Part shown: positions 24,377-38,377 of the stretch, one piece after another
Layout: every line of letters begins with the position of its first letter
Position numbering within the stretch: position 1 is the stretch's first letter
NCBI GenBank assembly: GCA_903813345.2
Contig: CAIIXF020000001.1
Span: 12,710,001-12,774,000 of the forward strand
Reading direction: 5' to 3'
Source of the DNA: Owenia fusiformis
Taxonomy: Eukaryota
DNA: 64,000 nucleotides
The notes under the pieces: model-generated
The model's database searches: none
What the model was told of the DNA's origin: nothing
Seen by the model: the letters and a program-made list of their open reading frames with translations, nothing else
Made by a program: the position numbers and the translations under genes

Positions 24377-25973
24377 CAGGGGCGTAGGAAGGTGTAAATT
24401 CAATACTACGCCAAAAATATGAAACAATTGTGTCAAACCTTCTGCTATCAAAACGCCTATTTTATGCTCGTAAAACGTCATTTTATGGCAATACCTTTCT
24501 AATGTGCTTAAAATGTTCGAATGTTTTTCATCATACAGTGAAACCTGTATATCTGAACACCTCTTTAATCTGAACAGCCCTCAAGATGAACACTTTCTCT
24601 GTCCCAATTTTGTGATCTCCCATTGACTCACATGTTAATAAACCCTTAAAATGTGAAAATCTCCTAATTTGAACACCTTTGACTGGTTCCAGATATGTCC
24701 GAATTTGCGCATTAGACAGGTTTTACCGTAAAATCACCATGGAAAGCCGATCATAACTCATTCTCACTTTTCTCATGTAAATGCTAATTTTCTCAAGGGA
24801 TATAGAGTAAGCTTAGATGACCAGATAACGATGAGAGATTTTTGATCATTTTTAAATACTGAATTTAGATATAATTTTCTGATTCCATCGTGTATCGTGC
24901 AATGGGACAATACAAATTAAAGAAACTAGTATGATTAATCGATTTAAAGAAACATATTCGTGATCAATGATACAATTAACCTTAATGTCTGCAACCTTTT
25001 TTATAACATCAATTCGCAACACCAAATGACCCCCTCCAAATCGAATAATCTATTATCTTGCAAATGAAATAAAAATCCAGATATAAGCTTTTCTAGAACT
25101 GGAGTTATGTACTTTCAAAGATAGCAGGTATTGCCAAAACTCATAGAAATCAAGGGAACGTGGAATTGATTATTCAACAATTTCATGTTGTTTTTGTCTA
25201 TAAGTACTACCAATAACAATAAGTGATTTAGTAAGAAATAGATTTTTGCTGACTTATTATTATTCCATGATAATTTCGGTCCATGATTTTGTCTAGCAAC
25301 GGAATATAAATTGAATTAGTGAAATTGAAAAGTTGGGGATAGGGGATAATAAAAAATATATATCTAAAATTTCAAGGGGTTCATCACTATAATTATGAAA
25401 CCACAGTTTGAAAAGGCAGTACTGAACATGCACAAAAAATTCGAAATGTATTCACCAAGTATTTTTTGAAAAAAATGGTTTTCTCTCAAATTCGTGAAGT
25501 AAACCCGATTCACGAATATTTGGCGAAATTGTATTTCACTTTTAAAATTCATAAGATAGTCAATAGTGGCTCGATTTTCATGAAATAAGGCATTTTGGAA
25601 AGGGGATTCAATCTGTTAAGTGGTTATTTACCAAACAGCGCAATATTGATTATATCGCATTTTCGACAGTATAAGAAACAAGGTAACTTTCAATATTTTA
25701 TGAATTTCATTTTTCGAAATATGTCATTTATCTGTGGCCCAGGCTAGAAAAATAACAGAGGCACAAAATCCTTCCAAAAGAGTACTTTTGAGGATATCAT
25801 ATGGTATTAAAAATAATATTTCTTAAGGCTTGTGTGCTCGAGATAAGTTTTAAAATTTATGCACAATGAGAAAATATGACTAAAGAACATAGGAAAAATA
25901 AAAAGCATTTTTTTATTCTCACTTTTCAACAATACGCACTGGCGTTTTGGCGTACATTGTTCCTACGCCACTG
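24377..25973. mobile_element. CAGGGGCGTAGGAA-ended element with 5-bp TSD
   Basis: CAGGGGCGTAGGAA ... TTCCTACGCCACTG with GCTTT/GCTTT flanks. Confidence 0.82.
24536..24728. mobile_element. Tc1/pogo-like MITE (CAGT ends, TA TSD), nested
   Basis: TA|CAGTGAAACCTGTATA ... TAGACAGGTTTTACCG|TA, with internal GAACACC repeats. Confidence 0.72.
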
Positions 25974-28900
25974 GCTTTCGCATACAGATAGATATTAGTA
26001 TTTTATTAGTGCTAGCCAAAACTTAGGTATAGAAAATGTGCCCCAATTTCGAGATTTTTGATGTCAAAACAGGTCAATTTTCAAATTGCTTCAAATCGAA
26101 CAAATTTTTTCCAAAAGCATCTACTAGACGTCAGGAGTCCAAAACTGCAGACCGATTTCAGATCCGACCCTTCCTTGCCATTCTGGGACATTTTGACCTC
26201 GACGGATTGGTGGAGTTAGACCAAAATAATTTTAAAACCGTAAGACCAAGAGAATTAACTTAGACAAGAATATCAAAAAGTTTTACTGATACAGAAATGA
26301 TTACGGATTCTAAGCATTTTTTCTCCAAGTTCCAGTGAGGTTTGAGTAATTTAATATATGCTACTATACCACCAACTTGGGCTGACCTTGTCTGGGAATA
26401 CGTTCATATCTAGGTCAAAGTCAAAGGTCAAAATCTAAGTTTTTTATATTTCTCAAAGTTTGTCCTTATACTTCATTACATCTTGTGATGAATTATATAG
26501 TACACAGATTTAAGCAATCTCTATATTGCTCGCTGTGTCTTTGCATTAAATTCTTGCCGTTGTTTAAATATTCGGCGTCAAAAAATGGTACAATAAGTCA
26601 TTTTTCAACTTGCTTTGATTTGAAGAAACTTAGATCATCTTCAAGTTCCAAGGAGTTCAAATCTGACCTTAGTTTTGACCTTTTACCTTTGGTTGACCTT
26701 CAGTGACTTTCAAAAAATTGATTTTCTGGATTCAAATTTAGGTGTATTTAATCACAAAAGACATATTGGCGTCTAAAAAAGTAAAATTTGCGAGATCAAA
26801 GGTCAAGGTCATCAAACTAAATCCCGAACTGTGGTTTCTAAGTTTCTTAAAGCTGGTGACTACAAATCAATATTTTTGGATGAAAGTCAGGATGTACATT
26901 TCTCTTAAGGTTTCCTACATATTAGCAATTGACTATCTTTTAAAATTTTGCACCAGTTTTGAGAAATCAGAACTCAAAAGCTGAAAAAAGGTCAAATTTG
27001 GACATTTTTCAAGACCAAATTTCGACTTGCTTCAACTGAAAGCCTATGGGGCCTCCGTAAGATTGCTTGCAATCTTGATATCTAGTTTATTTTATATCAA
27101 TCAAAATGTAATCTTGATGAATCTGGTAGGATAACTGGCAAAACGTCAAAACTACAGTGTAAATCATTATTCTAGAAAGTAAATGAACTTGAGTTATTTA
27201 AAAGATGTCATGTTTATCTGTATTTGGTATCTGGTATCCATATTTAGAGCTATGATAAAGAGGTCATCGTTTCATGATATTCACTTTATATATTCAAATG
27301 GACATGGCTCTTGTTATTCATATTAAGATTCATGTTTAAGGCAATGTCTGCTGATATCCTTATTTAGAACAATGTTAAGGAGGACATTGTCTCCTGGTAT
27401 CCATATTTTGATCCAAGTTGATGGTGACAATGTCTCCATTTTTATTGCCACGTTTGGGAGAACAATGTCTCAGATTGTTTTCTTTTATCCATTTTTAGAA
27501 CCATTCCTATGAGGACGATATTTTCTTAAATCCATTAAGTGCCATGTGGAACAATGTTTCTTGGTATCCATATTTAGGGCAATACATTGGCACTGGCTCA
27601 CATTCAGATCAATGTTTATACAAATTAATATATTTCCATATCTATCAATATTAATCTTATAGCATCTTGAGCAGGAAAACATCTGGTATTATTTAATCAG
27701 GATAGCATCTCTTTGATCTGTTGTATTGAAAATATGTAGCTGTGCTGATCATGTGCCAACCTCTGAAATTAAAAAAATAAACATATGTGTATTGGTAAAT
27801 GGTACTCCAATGCAGAAATTGGTATCCAAGTCATGGAATAGATGGCAACATTCATCTATTTAGATGCAGTCAGATATTTTGGAATGATACATGTAATTCT
27901 CAGTTGTTGAAAAATATGAATACTAAATTATGTCAAACAAAATAGATGTCAGTGTTTTAACTGTTTCCAAATCTCAGTCACTCTCAATCATTCTCAGAAA
28001 AGAAAAAGAAAAGAATGGTATTTTAAATGTGTAGTTTTAACACATTGATGCTCATTTCTTCATAACTCTACTTGAGATATTGCTCTAGTTGTTTATTCAT
28101 ACAGAAAAAAACTATCAAGGAAGTCAGTTAGTAGTAAATATCCCCCTAGGTGAACCACACATATCTATAAGCACAGACCACTTATAAGAAGCTGAGAATC
28201 TTAGTGGGAATGTTCATCTGCCCCTGTATATTTCTAAAATGTAATTTGGAAATTGAATAACGTGCCTGATTTCTAAAATCAATTTTATAAGATCCAAAGT
28301 GTATTAACGATGTGTATTATTTGATTTTTGGATGGTTTCCTCTGGGGGTTTGCTTGCATAAAAGCATATATCCCTTGTTAGTTTATTTTTGGGTTTTCAC
28401 TAGCTATCAGACTGAGCCTCTTAAAATCCACCTCTGGCTTTTATTGGCTCCATATTTATATTATAAAGCTGAGGAAATTTTGCTATTTCTAGAATTCAGT
28501 TCTTGTGCATATGGGAAAACTTTACGCAGGTTGAACCTTCAAGTGTAGAAGTATGTCAGATTCACAGATTCACTGATGGTCATTAACTCATTGATAAAAG
28601 AAACTCTCGGAACACTTGAAATTTCTTCTTGTGCTGGATGGAAACACTGTAAATATTACAGACACATTGGGTTGTGATAAGGCAACCAAGTTGTGTGAAA
28701 GACAACCTGATGATCTTGATGAGGTTTGAAGAGCAACAAAGGTAGTGTAAATTATTTGAATAATTTCAACATGTGCATTTTCTGTAAATAAACGAACCGT
28801 GTATTTATATGGTTAAGGGGCATCTCCTTCTGCAGAAAATGGGTATATATATAACATACAGGTGCAATATGGTCTATCTGAATATTAGACAATTTTAGTA

Positions 28901-29055
28901 ACATATAGAGTACATGTGTTTTGTAACATGGATCGTCCTGGTAAATTGACGTAACAATATATCACAGATATCATAAATCCTATCTAAACACCAAATGCAC
29001 AAACAAGCAAACAAACAAACAAACAATCATAGTTTACAATCAAACTATGTTGAAA

Positions 29056-29100
29056 CAGAGATGTATAAAACAAACATGAAACATGTTTTATATGTCTCTG
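29056..29100. mobile_element. 45-bp micro-MITE of the CAGAGACATATAA family
   Basis: CAGAGATGTATAAAA...TTTTATATGTCTCTG with GTTGAAA/ATTGAAA flanks. Confidence 0.6.
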
Positions 29101-31818
29101 ATTGAAAATAGGTTGCCTCTAAACCACATTGGCTCTTGAAGGAGACGCCTCTTAACCATATTGTCTCCCAAAGAAGAAGCCTCTTAACTACATTTTTCCT
29201 GAAGAAGCCTTATCATGAGGAAGCCTCTGAACATCGACTCCTGTTGAAATTTGTTATCATCCTTTGGAGACAATGCATTGTCTCCTTAAGACAACAACTT
29301 ATATGTGACCATTTAACAACTTTCAACAACTCCCATGACATGACATGACATATTCACTTCTTATATATCAATCGCATGTTCCATGTTTTATTTGGCAAGT
29401 GCCAGCTTCTTTAATTCATGAGAAATGAGGTTATTAAAAATTTTCCCAGCTTGATGGTAGTCACATCTCCATATACATCTGCAGGAATCTAATTTATTGA
29501 TAGTTACATACAGTTTCAAGTTCATGGTGGTTGGCAGGTTTGGCAGTTAGATACAGAGGTGAGAAAGACGTAATGCCAACAGATCAAGAGAGTAAATATT
29601 CATACGTTGTGTGTAGGAGGTTTTGATATAACATCATATTTCTATTAAATGGGTCTTGTTTTGAATACCTGGTGAATATTAGAACAATTATATGTAAAAA
29701 CACTTTTTTGCTTAAGAACACCTTTTAATGGTTATCTTCAACCCCATTTTCATAATTGCTACAAAGTTGATCTCAAAACTAGGCTAGCTTTCCAATGGTA
29801 CCAAAGTCCATATGTTAATAGGTGAACATTAGGAGTACTTTTCGATTATATGATAAAAGACTAGCATGTTGGATTTTTCTTTCTTCATCCCCTCCCCCTC
29901 AGTATACAAGGCTTTGGTAACAAACCTATCACCTTTTGAAAAATGTGAATGAAAAACGAAATATTTGTATCAAAACATCCCCATAGAAAAAATGGCTTCA
30001 GGCTTTTGTTACCGTTCCAAAAAACTTGACTTTCCACCTCCATTAATTATCAAAGTTATGTAGTTCATACGGATTGTATCCACAATTGTTACAGACATTA
30101 AGACAGTGATCACTTTTACAATGTACAGTGTGTAGGGAAATTTATGACATAAAAATGATAGCTCAATTTAATGTGAATTAAAAAACAACACCAACGATTT
30201 AAGCCAGGAGATTACACACACCTGGGACACAATCAACACATTGGAAAATTGTAACTTTATTCAAACCCTAGTTTTAATAACAAATAAAATATGATATTGC
30301 ATACAGAGTCATCATATAGTATTACATTTAATAATCTTCATAGACAGACAAAGCAGATGAAACAGTAGGTAACTAAGGTAATATGAAGACATTTAGTTCT
30401 ATTTATTGAAAAATTATGATTTTTTGATGTAAGTCAATGCATTTTAAAGGGCATCTTCTAAAAAACTAAACCTCAATTTATGAGCAGAGACAATTAAAAA
30501 CAATTTAAAACATGTTTTGCAATATCTGTTACCATGGCATCAAAGTAAGGTATTCATAATTAATGTCATGACAATATGAATTTAGAGGCTTACACTTACA
30601 TAAGTTTTCACAGACTGTTTTGTGTAACCATGTAGTGACATTTATTTTGTAGATACCTTGTACAATGTATAAGGTTTTCCATTGTAGAAAGTAGGTTGCT
30701 ATGGAGATGTGGATGGATAAATCTATTGTATTTCTGGTAGTTGCAACCGTTGTTCTAGATTATGTTGACAGCAAACCTGGTCTACTGCAGGAGAATTTCA
30801 AAAGAGATATGGTACTTATTGTTATATTTTTTGAATCAAATGAAATTATAAAGGATAAGTAGAACAATGTACTGTACATGTTAAAACTGAACTTTTCAAA
30901 GAATGTCTTGTGGCCATGGGTCAATTTTACACACGATTGCAATGGAACATTATTAAAAAGACAATGTAATTAATTAGAGAAAGAACATGGAATAACATAA
31001 ATAAATAAAAAAAATTGAATTAAATAAAACATTCACAACAGATATATTTGACAAAGAAATAAAGATTATTATTAAAAATTCATTGGAGATGGTAAGGAGG
31101 ATATTGATTTACTTAGTTTTGCCAACCCCTACACATTTCCTGTGTTTTTGTTGATTAAATTATTAGAACACTTTATATGTATGTATGTATTTAGGATGGG
31201 TGGAATAAAATGGTTCATATCAAATATCGTGTATAAATAATAAAACCTCTCTTTGGATACCTTCATGCGAAGGACCCTAATATTCTATTAAGTAAATTGA
31301 AATGTTACATTGATTATTGAAACAATATTTTTTGTTATAACAGAGAAGAATACCGAACCAGGAATGTGGTCGTCTCTTGGTTACTTCTGTCGGATCTACA
31401 AAATATCAAACGCGTGCTTGTCCACAAGGATATAGTTGTCAATGTGATGAGCCAAATGATGGGGAGATTGGCGAGATTCCATGTATCTGTTTGAAAGAAG
31501 ACTGACCTGATGATCACCTTATCATAAACATCAAAAAGAAAATGATTAAGAATTTCTGTATGATTAATTTCACAAATAGAATATGAGTAAATTCCAAAGT
31601 CTCCTAATTTTTTCGAGGAAAGCCTTTTCCGAATAATTCCCTTAAAATCCCCGAGTGACAGTGAACTCATCCATTTTATATCAATCATGTATTATCTGTT
31701 ATATTACATAAATGAATAAAAAATCAACTGAAGCTCCCAGCTGAAACTGAAACTCCCAGAATTCACACAAAAATCTGAGGTACAACCAAAGGTGATCGTG
31801 CAGCAATTAAAAAATTAA

Positions 31819-32538
31819 GACAAGGCATTAACATGACAAAATGTCACCATCTACTTGGTCACAATATTATTAGTTCAATCTTAAGTCAGAATTTGAACTT
31901 CTGAGATCTTGTAGATGCATATGATTTTAAAAAAAATTGGTGAAATTTGAAGCAATTATAAAGTTAAAAAGACCTTTTTTGATCGACCCTGAGAAGGTCA
32001 TTGAAGGTGAATTCTCAAATCTTAAGTCAGATTGGAACTTCTAAGAACTTGTAGTTGATTTTGAAAAATTTGATCATTTTGAAGCAAGTTGAAAAAAGAC
32101 CCTTTGACCTTTTTGACCTTGAGAAGGTCATTGAAGGTCAAAGTCAGATTTGAACTTTTGAGAACTTGTAGTTGATTCTGAAAAAAATTGGTCAATTTAA
32201 AGCAAGTTGAAAAAGACTTTTTTGACCCTTTTTGACCTTAAAAAGGTTATTGAAGGTCAACTCTCAAATCAAAAGTCAGATTTGGATTTTTGATAACTTG
32301 TAGATGATTTTGGGTCAATTTGAAACAAGTTGAAAAAAGACATTTTGAACTTCTGAAAACGTAGATGATTTTGAAAAAAATTGAAGTCAGTCTAATGTTC
32401 AGTATTTGTTAAGTTATTGGAAGTTGTAAGAATTTGTTACAGATGCCAACTGCCAATCGCCAACCGCCGATCGCTGCCACAAAAAAACGGAGACCATAAC
32501 AATATGAATATTTCACCACTTTTTGGTGGTGACATAAA
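31819..32538 (-). mobile_element. HINE-like element with internal ~110-130-bp tandem repeats
   Basis: Starts ACAAGGCATTAACATGACAAAATGTCACC and ends with the TCACCAC-TTTTT-GGTGGTGACATA stem-loop; the same ends occur at 39171-39332 and about 39880-40010. Confidence 0.65.
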
Positions 32539-33420
32539 TACTAGAACACATAGAAAATCAGGGAAGTAAAATAAAACACAATGACCCAAATCATGCACTA
32601 GCTTTATCTATCTATTTCATACCGATGGCTGCATTTCATGTTCGGCCCTATCTAACACAATCTCACCACCAGCTGGTGTACATTGGCACCTGCACTCACT
32701 GGGGGAATTACTCTCATCCTCTCAGTATCTATACAAAAGATACCCTGATGACCCGCCCCATTTCATTATTTTCTCCGTGCAAAATAAATGGATTGATTTG
32801 TTTTAGGAATTTTTTATACAACTTATGGTGTTTTCTTTGACTTTTACCTTGATTACTGGATAATTTCTCACAACATTTTTCAACTGATTGTAGAATAAGA
32901 CACAACAAGGGAAACATGTAGATTGGGAGCCTAATTCTTGTTCCTATCTCTACTTATCTCAACTAGATCAAGCTGTTTAATACATGGCATGGCATTTTTT
33001 CTAGAGGGGGGCCAATAATGCTATGTAGCCTCGGCCCCTCACAATCTATGTAAATAATTATGTTGAATATTATAGAAATAAATAACAATAACCTAAAAAA
33101 AAAAAATACATGGCAGGTTTAGCTCTATAATTTATTTAATCTCTTTACAATGAATTTATTAATTCAGGAATTAATTTCCAAACTCAACTCAATTTTGAAA
33201 GTTAAGATCAGGATTATTGAAACACAAACAAACAAACAAACAAACAAAACCTCCATATTTACAAACTTGGTTGTGTTTTTCATATCTTGCTTCTTGTGTT
33301 TTCTGATTGCTTTTGGTGCTCAAAAAGTTGAACGCAAAAAGTAATGAAAAAATCGAAAAATAGAAAATGTCATTTCAACATTGTGTCAAAATATTTTGAT
33401 TTTGAACAATATATTCTGTA

Positions 33421-33715
33421 CAGTAAAATGTGTCTTAGCGAACACCTCTCTCTAGTGAACACCTGTGTTTAGTTGACACCACTTCAAAACACATTTAAAA
33501 TCCCTTTCCTACAGTGAACACTTTTTTGTGGGTCCACATGTGTTCACTATATACAGGTTTTCAAAGAAAAATGTGAAAAATTAATTTCATTAATCATCGG
33601 TAATCAAAATCATGACAAGTCAAAACACATTTTACTTTGACTTCTGTATAAAATCCATATACCTACAGTGAACATTAATTGTGGCTCCATATACACTTTA
33701 TACAGGTTTTCACAG
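33421..33715. mobile_element. Degenerate Tc1/pogo-like MITE remnant(s)
   Basis: TA|CAGTAAAA start, GAACACC repeats and TACAGGTTTTCA ends, as in 24536-24728. Confidence 0.5.
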
Positions 33716-35470
33716 AATAATCTGAAAAAATTACTTTTATTTATTTATTTAGATATACACTTTTTAACAGTGGCACTCTTACATTAAGGTGCATCTAATA
33801 CAAAAATAATCATTAATCATCGGTAATTAAAATCATGAGAAGTTCCATCATGCAGAGCTACCTAAAGTTTCCTTCCAAGTAGGAATCTTGAGTAAAATGT
33901 AACCTTCCATACTCCAAGTAATACTTTTAGCTGGTATGTGTAAGTGTATGCCTACCTGATTGTAACCACCAACTGTTTGCTGATGTTCGCTTAATTGACA
34001 GAGAGGCAAAGAATGAGAATATATGTGATCTAGGGCAGTCTGCTCAGGAAAGAAATTCACATGTGTTCTAAACATGCAAAGTGGGGTGGAAAATGGGAGC
34101 TAGTGGGAAATGAAATTGAAGCATGAAACTATTTAAACTATACAGAAACTCATCAAAATATAAGCCTAATGATTTATACAGAGCAGTGGTATGAGGCATG
34201 GGCTTTTTCTTGTAAGTCCAGTATGAGGTAAGGATAACTATAGGATAACATATAAGATATGGGATAAAGGAAACTCTACACATGCAGTATGCATTTTAAC
34301 CCATATAAAATATGGTCTGAGTCAAAACAACAAATCACTAGAAAAATTATGAATCCCATTTCAGACATACTGGTACATTATAGGTTTACAATTCATCTGC
34401 AACAGACTCAGAACTAAAAAGATAATTCATTAAACCATTATAATTTATTCATGTTTTGACCTTGCTGCATTTTCTCTGCTTGGTATACTATAAGAGTAAT
34501 CAACAAATCACAGGTGACAAATTAATATTTTTATATGTATAAGCTTTATTTTTCCATTTTTGTTATGTATCAATCACAATGACTTAATATTCTTTATAGG
34601 GGTTTATCAATGTTCCTCCTAATATGCCTTTTTGAAACCTTTTATTGTCTTTTTAAAGCTCCTATTGGCAAGTTACGTGTATTTATCTTACAAATCTCGC
34701 TTATCATGTACAGTACCATCTGGGTGCACTTTTGTGTAGGTATACAAAAGTTAACAAATCGGCAGGTAGCTACACACCTTTAAGTAAAGCCTGGTAGGAT
34801 GAAAGAGAAAACAACTGAAAGAAACATCTGTATGGTATAACAGTCAGGTATAACACCACAAACACCCCAGGCTTTATACAAGATAGAAACAAACAGACAA
34901 AACAAATTATTTCCGCATTATTTGAAGACACCTCAGACTGTGATTTTTTAAGTCAGGAAGTCAGGGAGTCTACAGGATAAAGGAGTCGAAAGCTCAAATA
35001 CAGGCACTTATAAATCAGGAATGGAAAAGAAATCTAACTGAGTTTGCTCTAATTAGAAAATGATTGTAGAATTATGATAACAAAGTTCATTCACTTACTC
35101 CATTGTTTTCTTTATGCTATGGTGTTAGTTCTTCTAGCGCATTGATCTCTTTTTACATCATATATATGAGTTTTAGGACTTTTTCCTCAATGCTATTTTA
35201 AAAGGCATTTGATTACATATAAATTCCTGTTAAAAGGCTAAATGACAATCCATAGTATAACTGTACTGACATACTACTATAAAAGTGAATATTATGTAAT
35301 GTTATGATTAGAAAGCATGGGAGTAGCCAGGTATGGGGCAGGCAGGTGATGCAAGAGTCTCACCAAAATTTTACTGAGAAAGTACTATTCAGACCACTTT
35401 GTTAATGAAACTTAAAATGATGTCCAATAGTAGCGTAGCACTACATCATCTTTACCTAAAATTTACCCCA

Positions 35471-36009
35471 CCTATTATAAACTGCCTCATCTAATAAATT
35501 TGCCCAACCTAACAAAACATTTGCCTCATCTATTGAAATTTGCCTCACCTATTATAAATTACCTCATCTAATAAATTTGCCCCACCTAACAAAACATTTG
35601 CCTCATCTATTGAACTTTGCCTCACCTATTATAAATTACCTCATCTGATAAATTTGCCCCACCGAACAAAACATTTGCCTCATCTATTGAACTTTGCCTC
35701 ACCTATTATAAATTACCTCATCTAATAAATTTGCCCCACCCAACAAAACATTTGCCTCATCTATTGAACTTTGCCTCACCTATTATAAATTACCTCATCT
35801 AATAAATTTGCCCCACCCAACAAAACATTTGCCTCATCTATTGAACTTTGCCTCACCTATTATAAATTACCTCATCTAATAAATTTGCCCCACCCAACAA
35901 AACATTTGCCTCATCTATTGAACTTTGCCTCACCTATTATAAATTACCTCATCTAATAAATTTGCCCCACCCAACAAAACATTTGCCTCATCTATTGAAC
36001 TTTGTCTCA
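35471..36009. repeat. 77-bp tandem repeat x7, built from four ~19-bp subunits
   Basis: CCTATTATAAA recurs at 35471, 35548, 35625, 35702, 35779, 35856 and 35933. Confidence 0.93.
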
Positions 36010-37170
36010 CCTAATTTCAGACTCTGCCCATGCCCTTAGAAACTAGACGATTTAGACTTAGTCTTCTTTTAACCACACAGGAAGTATAACTGGCAAAAGA
36101 AACTTATGTAACCAACTGAAAATGTGCTTATTTCACTATGCTATGCAGATGGCCATAGGATGAACCCCTGAAAACCATATTTAGCCACATGCTCAAACTG
36201 ATTTGTTTTTTAGTAGTTGTAGTTTGTGTGGTCGATTGCTGCTTCACAAATATAGCCACACTTTTAAAGGCTGCAAAAAATATTGTAAATGAGTAAAATT
36301 CATAAGATTTCAAACATGATGTCATTTTGATGTCACAATATTTAAATTAATTATAGAAATCTAGATTTATATTGTCTGGTTTTTACTCTTTCAGCCGAAA
36401 CGTCCTAAAGCTGTGTTACAGAGATGAACAACGAAGAAAAATAGTGAATTGAAAAGACAGAAGCTTAAAGGTTAGTTTAACTTTTGTTGTTTTAAATGTT
36501 ATACCATCAAGGGCAAAGAGACAATTTATTATGGAAAGGAGCCATTACATTTAAAGCATGATTGCACATGGATGGTGTAGTACAATACAGTCTCTAAGAG
36601 GTAGAACAGTATATTTAAAATTGAATTACTGATTCCCTTTTCAATTCTGTAAATATTAATTCTTCATTTTATATTGTTTAAGATACTTTACTATTAAAAA
36701 TTAGTTAAGAAACTTTTAACAAATGTGTCTATTTTACTGTATTTGTGTAATCTTTAAGATTTTTAACTCAAACGTATCACCTGACTAATGAATCCAAATC
36801 TTTTCTTTTGAGATAAACCATAACTAGGTTTACATTTTATGTATTTTCAAAATATTACCACTAATTGTGGCATTTTATGGAAATAAATGGGTCTCGACAA
36901 TGGTCATATTTGAGCCTCATTTTCCCACTTTTTATTTACAAAATAGACCCTATTTTGAAAATTGACTTAGATTTCAAAAACAGATTCACATTTCCAAAAC
37001 ATGGAATGATTTTTCCAGGTAGGGGTTAAGAATTCTTTTTGCCAACCCCCTTGTCAATTTCCAGGCCTGGTCTTGGAATTTTCTAAGTGGCACCAAAACA
37101 TGAAACAAGTAGTATGAAGAGGGATGTTTTAACCCTACATCATACCTCAAATAAGTAAAGCTATAAAAGT

Positions 37171-38377
37171 AACTAGATTGGTAAATTGAACAAAGTTCAA
37201 TTTAAGACTCCAGATTGATTTACTTGAGTAAAGAGCTGAGTAAGAAACTGAGTAAGAAGCTGAGTAAGTAGATGATTAAGTAATTGAGTAAGTAGCTGAG
37301 TAGGTAGCTGAGTAAGCAGCTGAGTAGGTAGCTGAGTAAGTAGTTGAGTAGGTAGCCGAGTAAGTAGCTGAGAAGTAGGTAGCTAAGTAGGTAGCCAAGT
37401 AGGTATGTATTTAGGTAGGTAAGAAGGAATTTTTGACCGGAAGTCGGATTGAAATTTGGTTTGCAGATTCGGATTCCTGAGAAAATTCTACCCTTTAACT
37501 TTAACTCATACGTTAAATTATGAGAACTTGACCTACTTTACGGACGCCATATTTCAAAATCAGTAAGAGTAATCAAAAAACGGATGGCCCATTTCTAAAA
37601 GGGCTGTTTATAAGCTACATGATGAAAAAAATATGAAGATGTTTCGATAAATAACGACGAAGATAATTGATAGAATATTGAAAATGTAAGATTTCACCCA
37701 GTTCAAGGATAGGATAGGATATAGAATAGGAAGGAAGGATAGAATAGGAAGGAATGGACAGAAAGGAAGGATAGATAGGAAGGATATGATCAGACAGGAT
37801 AGGAAGGAAGGATGGATGATTTTTTCTATATTTTCTTTGCTACTCTTGACTTTCTATCAGGATATCATCAGATCGATTTTTCTCGAAATTTTCAAAACGC
37901 CATAACTTTCGAACCGGAAGTCGGATCAGAATTTGGTTTGCAGATTCAGATTCCTGAGAAAATTCTTCACTAATTTCATAGCATATATGTTAAATTTGGT
38001 TAACTTTTTAGTTTGACCTACTTTCCGGACGTCATATCTCAAAATCGGTAAGAGTAATTAAAAAACGGATGGCACAATCTCGATTTGTTTATTTCTAAGC
38101 TACATGATGAAAAAAAGATGAAGGAGTAACGACAAACAACAACGAAGATAATTGACAGAATGCTGATTTGACCTAAATTTGACCTAGTTCTTGACCTTTG
38201 ACCTAGATACAAATTTGACCTCATTTCCCAGAAACTAGATTGATGGGCTATGTTAGCCATGTAAGTAGGTTAAAGTAAGTTTTTCTGAGAAAAAGTGTTC
38301 AGAAAGAAAGAAAGAAAGAATAATAGGAAAACTGGCAAAAGCAATAGACTCCAGATTTTCAATCTGGAGTCTAATAA
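37171..38377 (-). mobile_element. HINE/Helentron-like element carrying 12-mer, AGGAT and AGAA microsatellites
   Basis: CTAG plus the AAATTGAAC/GTTCAATTT hairpin at one end, the TAGACTCCAGATT/AATCTGGAGTCTA stem-loop at the other, and AGACTCCAG near both ends. Confidence 0.68.

Larger units (their letters stand above)
24212..27085 (+). mobile_element. Helitron/HINE-like repeat, copy 2, interrupted by nested insertions
   Basis: Same hairpin + CTAG end at 27082-27085; the sequence on either side of 24377-25973 rejoins to match 23511-23556. Left boundary approximate. Confidence 0.55.

Noticed and set aside
31335-32730. Possible minus-strand exons (DTWNLANLPIIWLITL... and DESNSPSECRCQCTPAGG...)
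   Set aside because: Splice-like sites exist, but I could not join them in phase into a recognisable protein; left uncalled.
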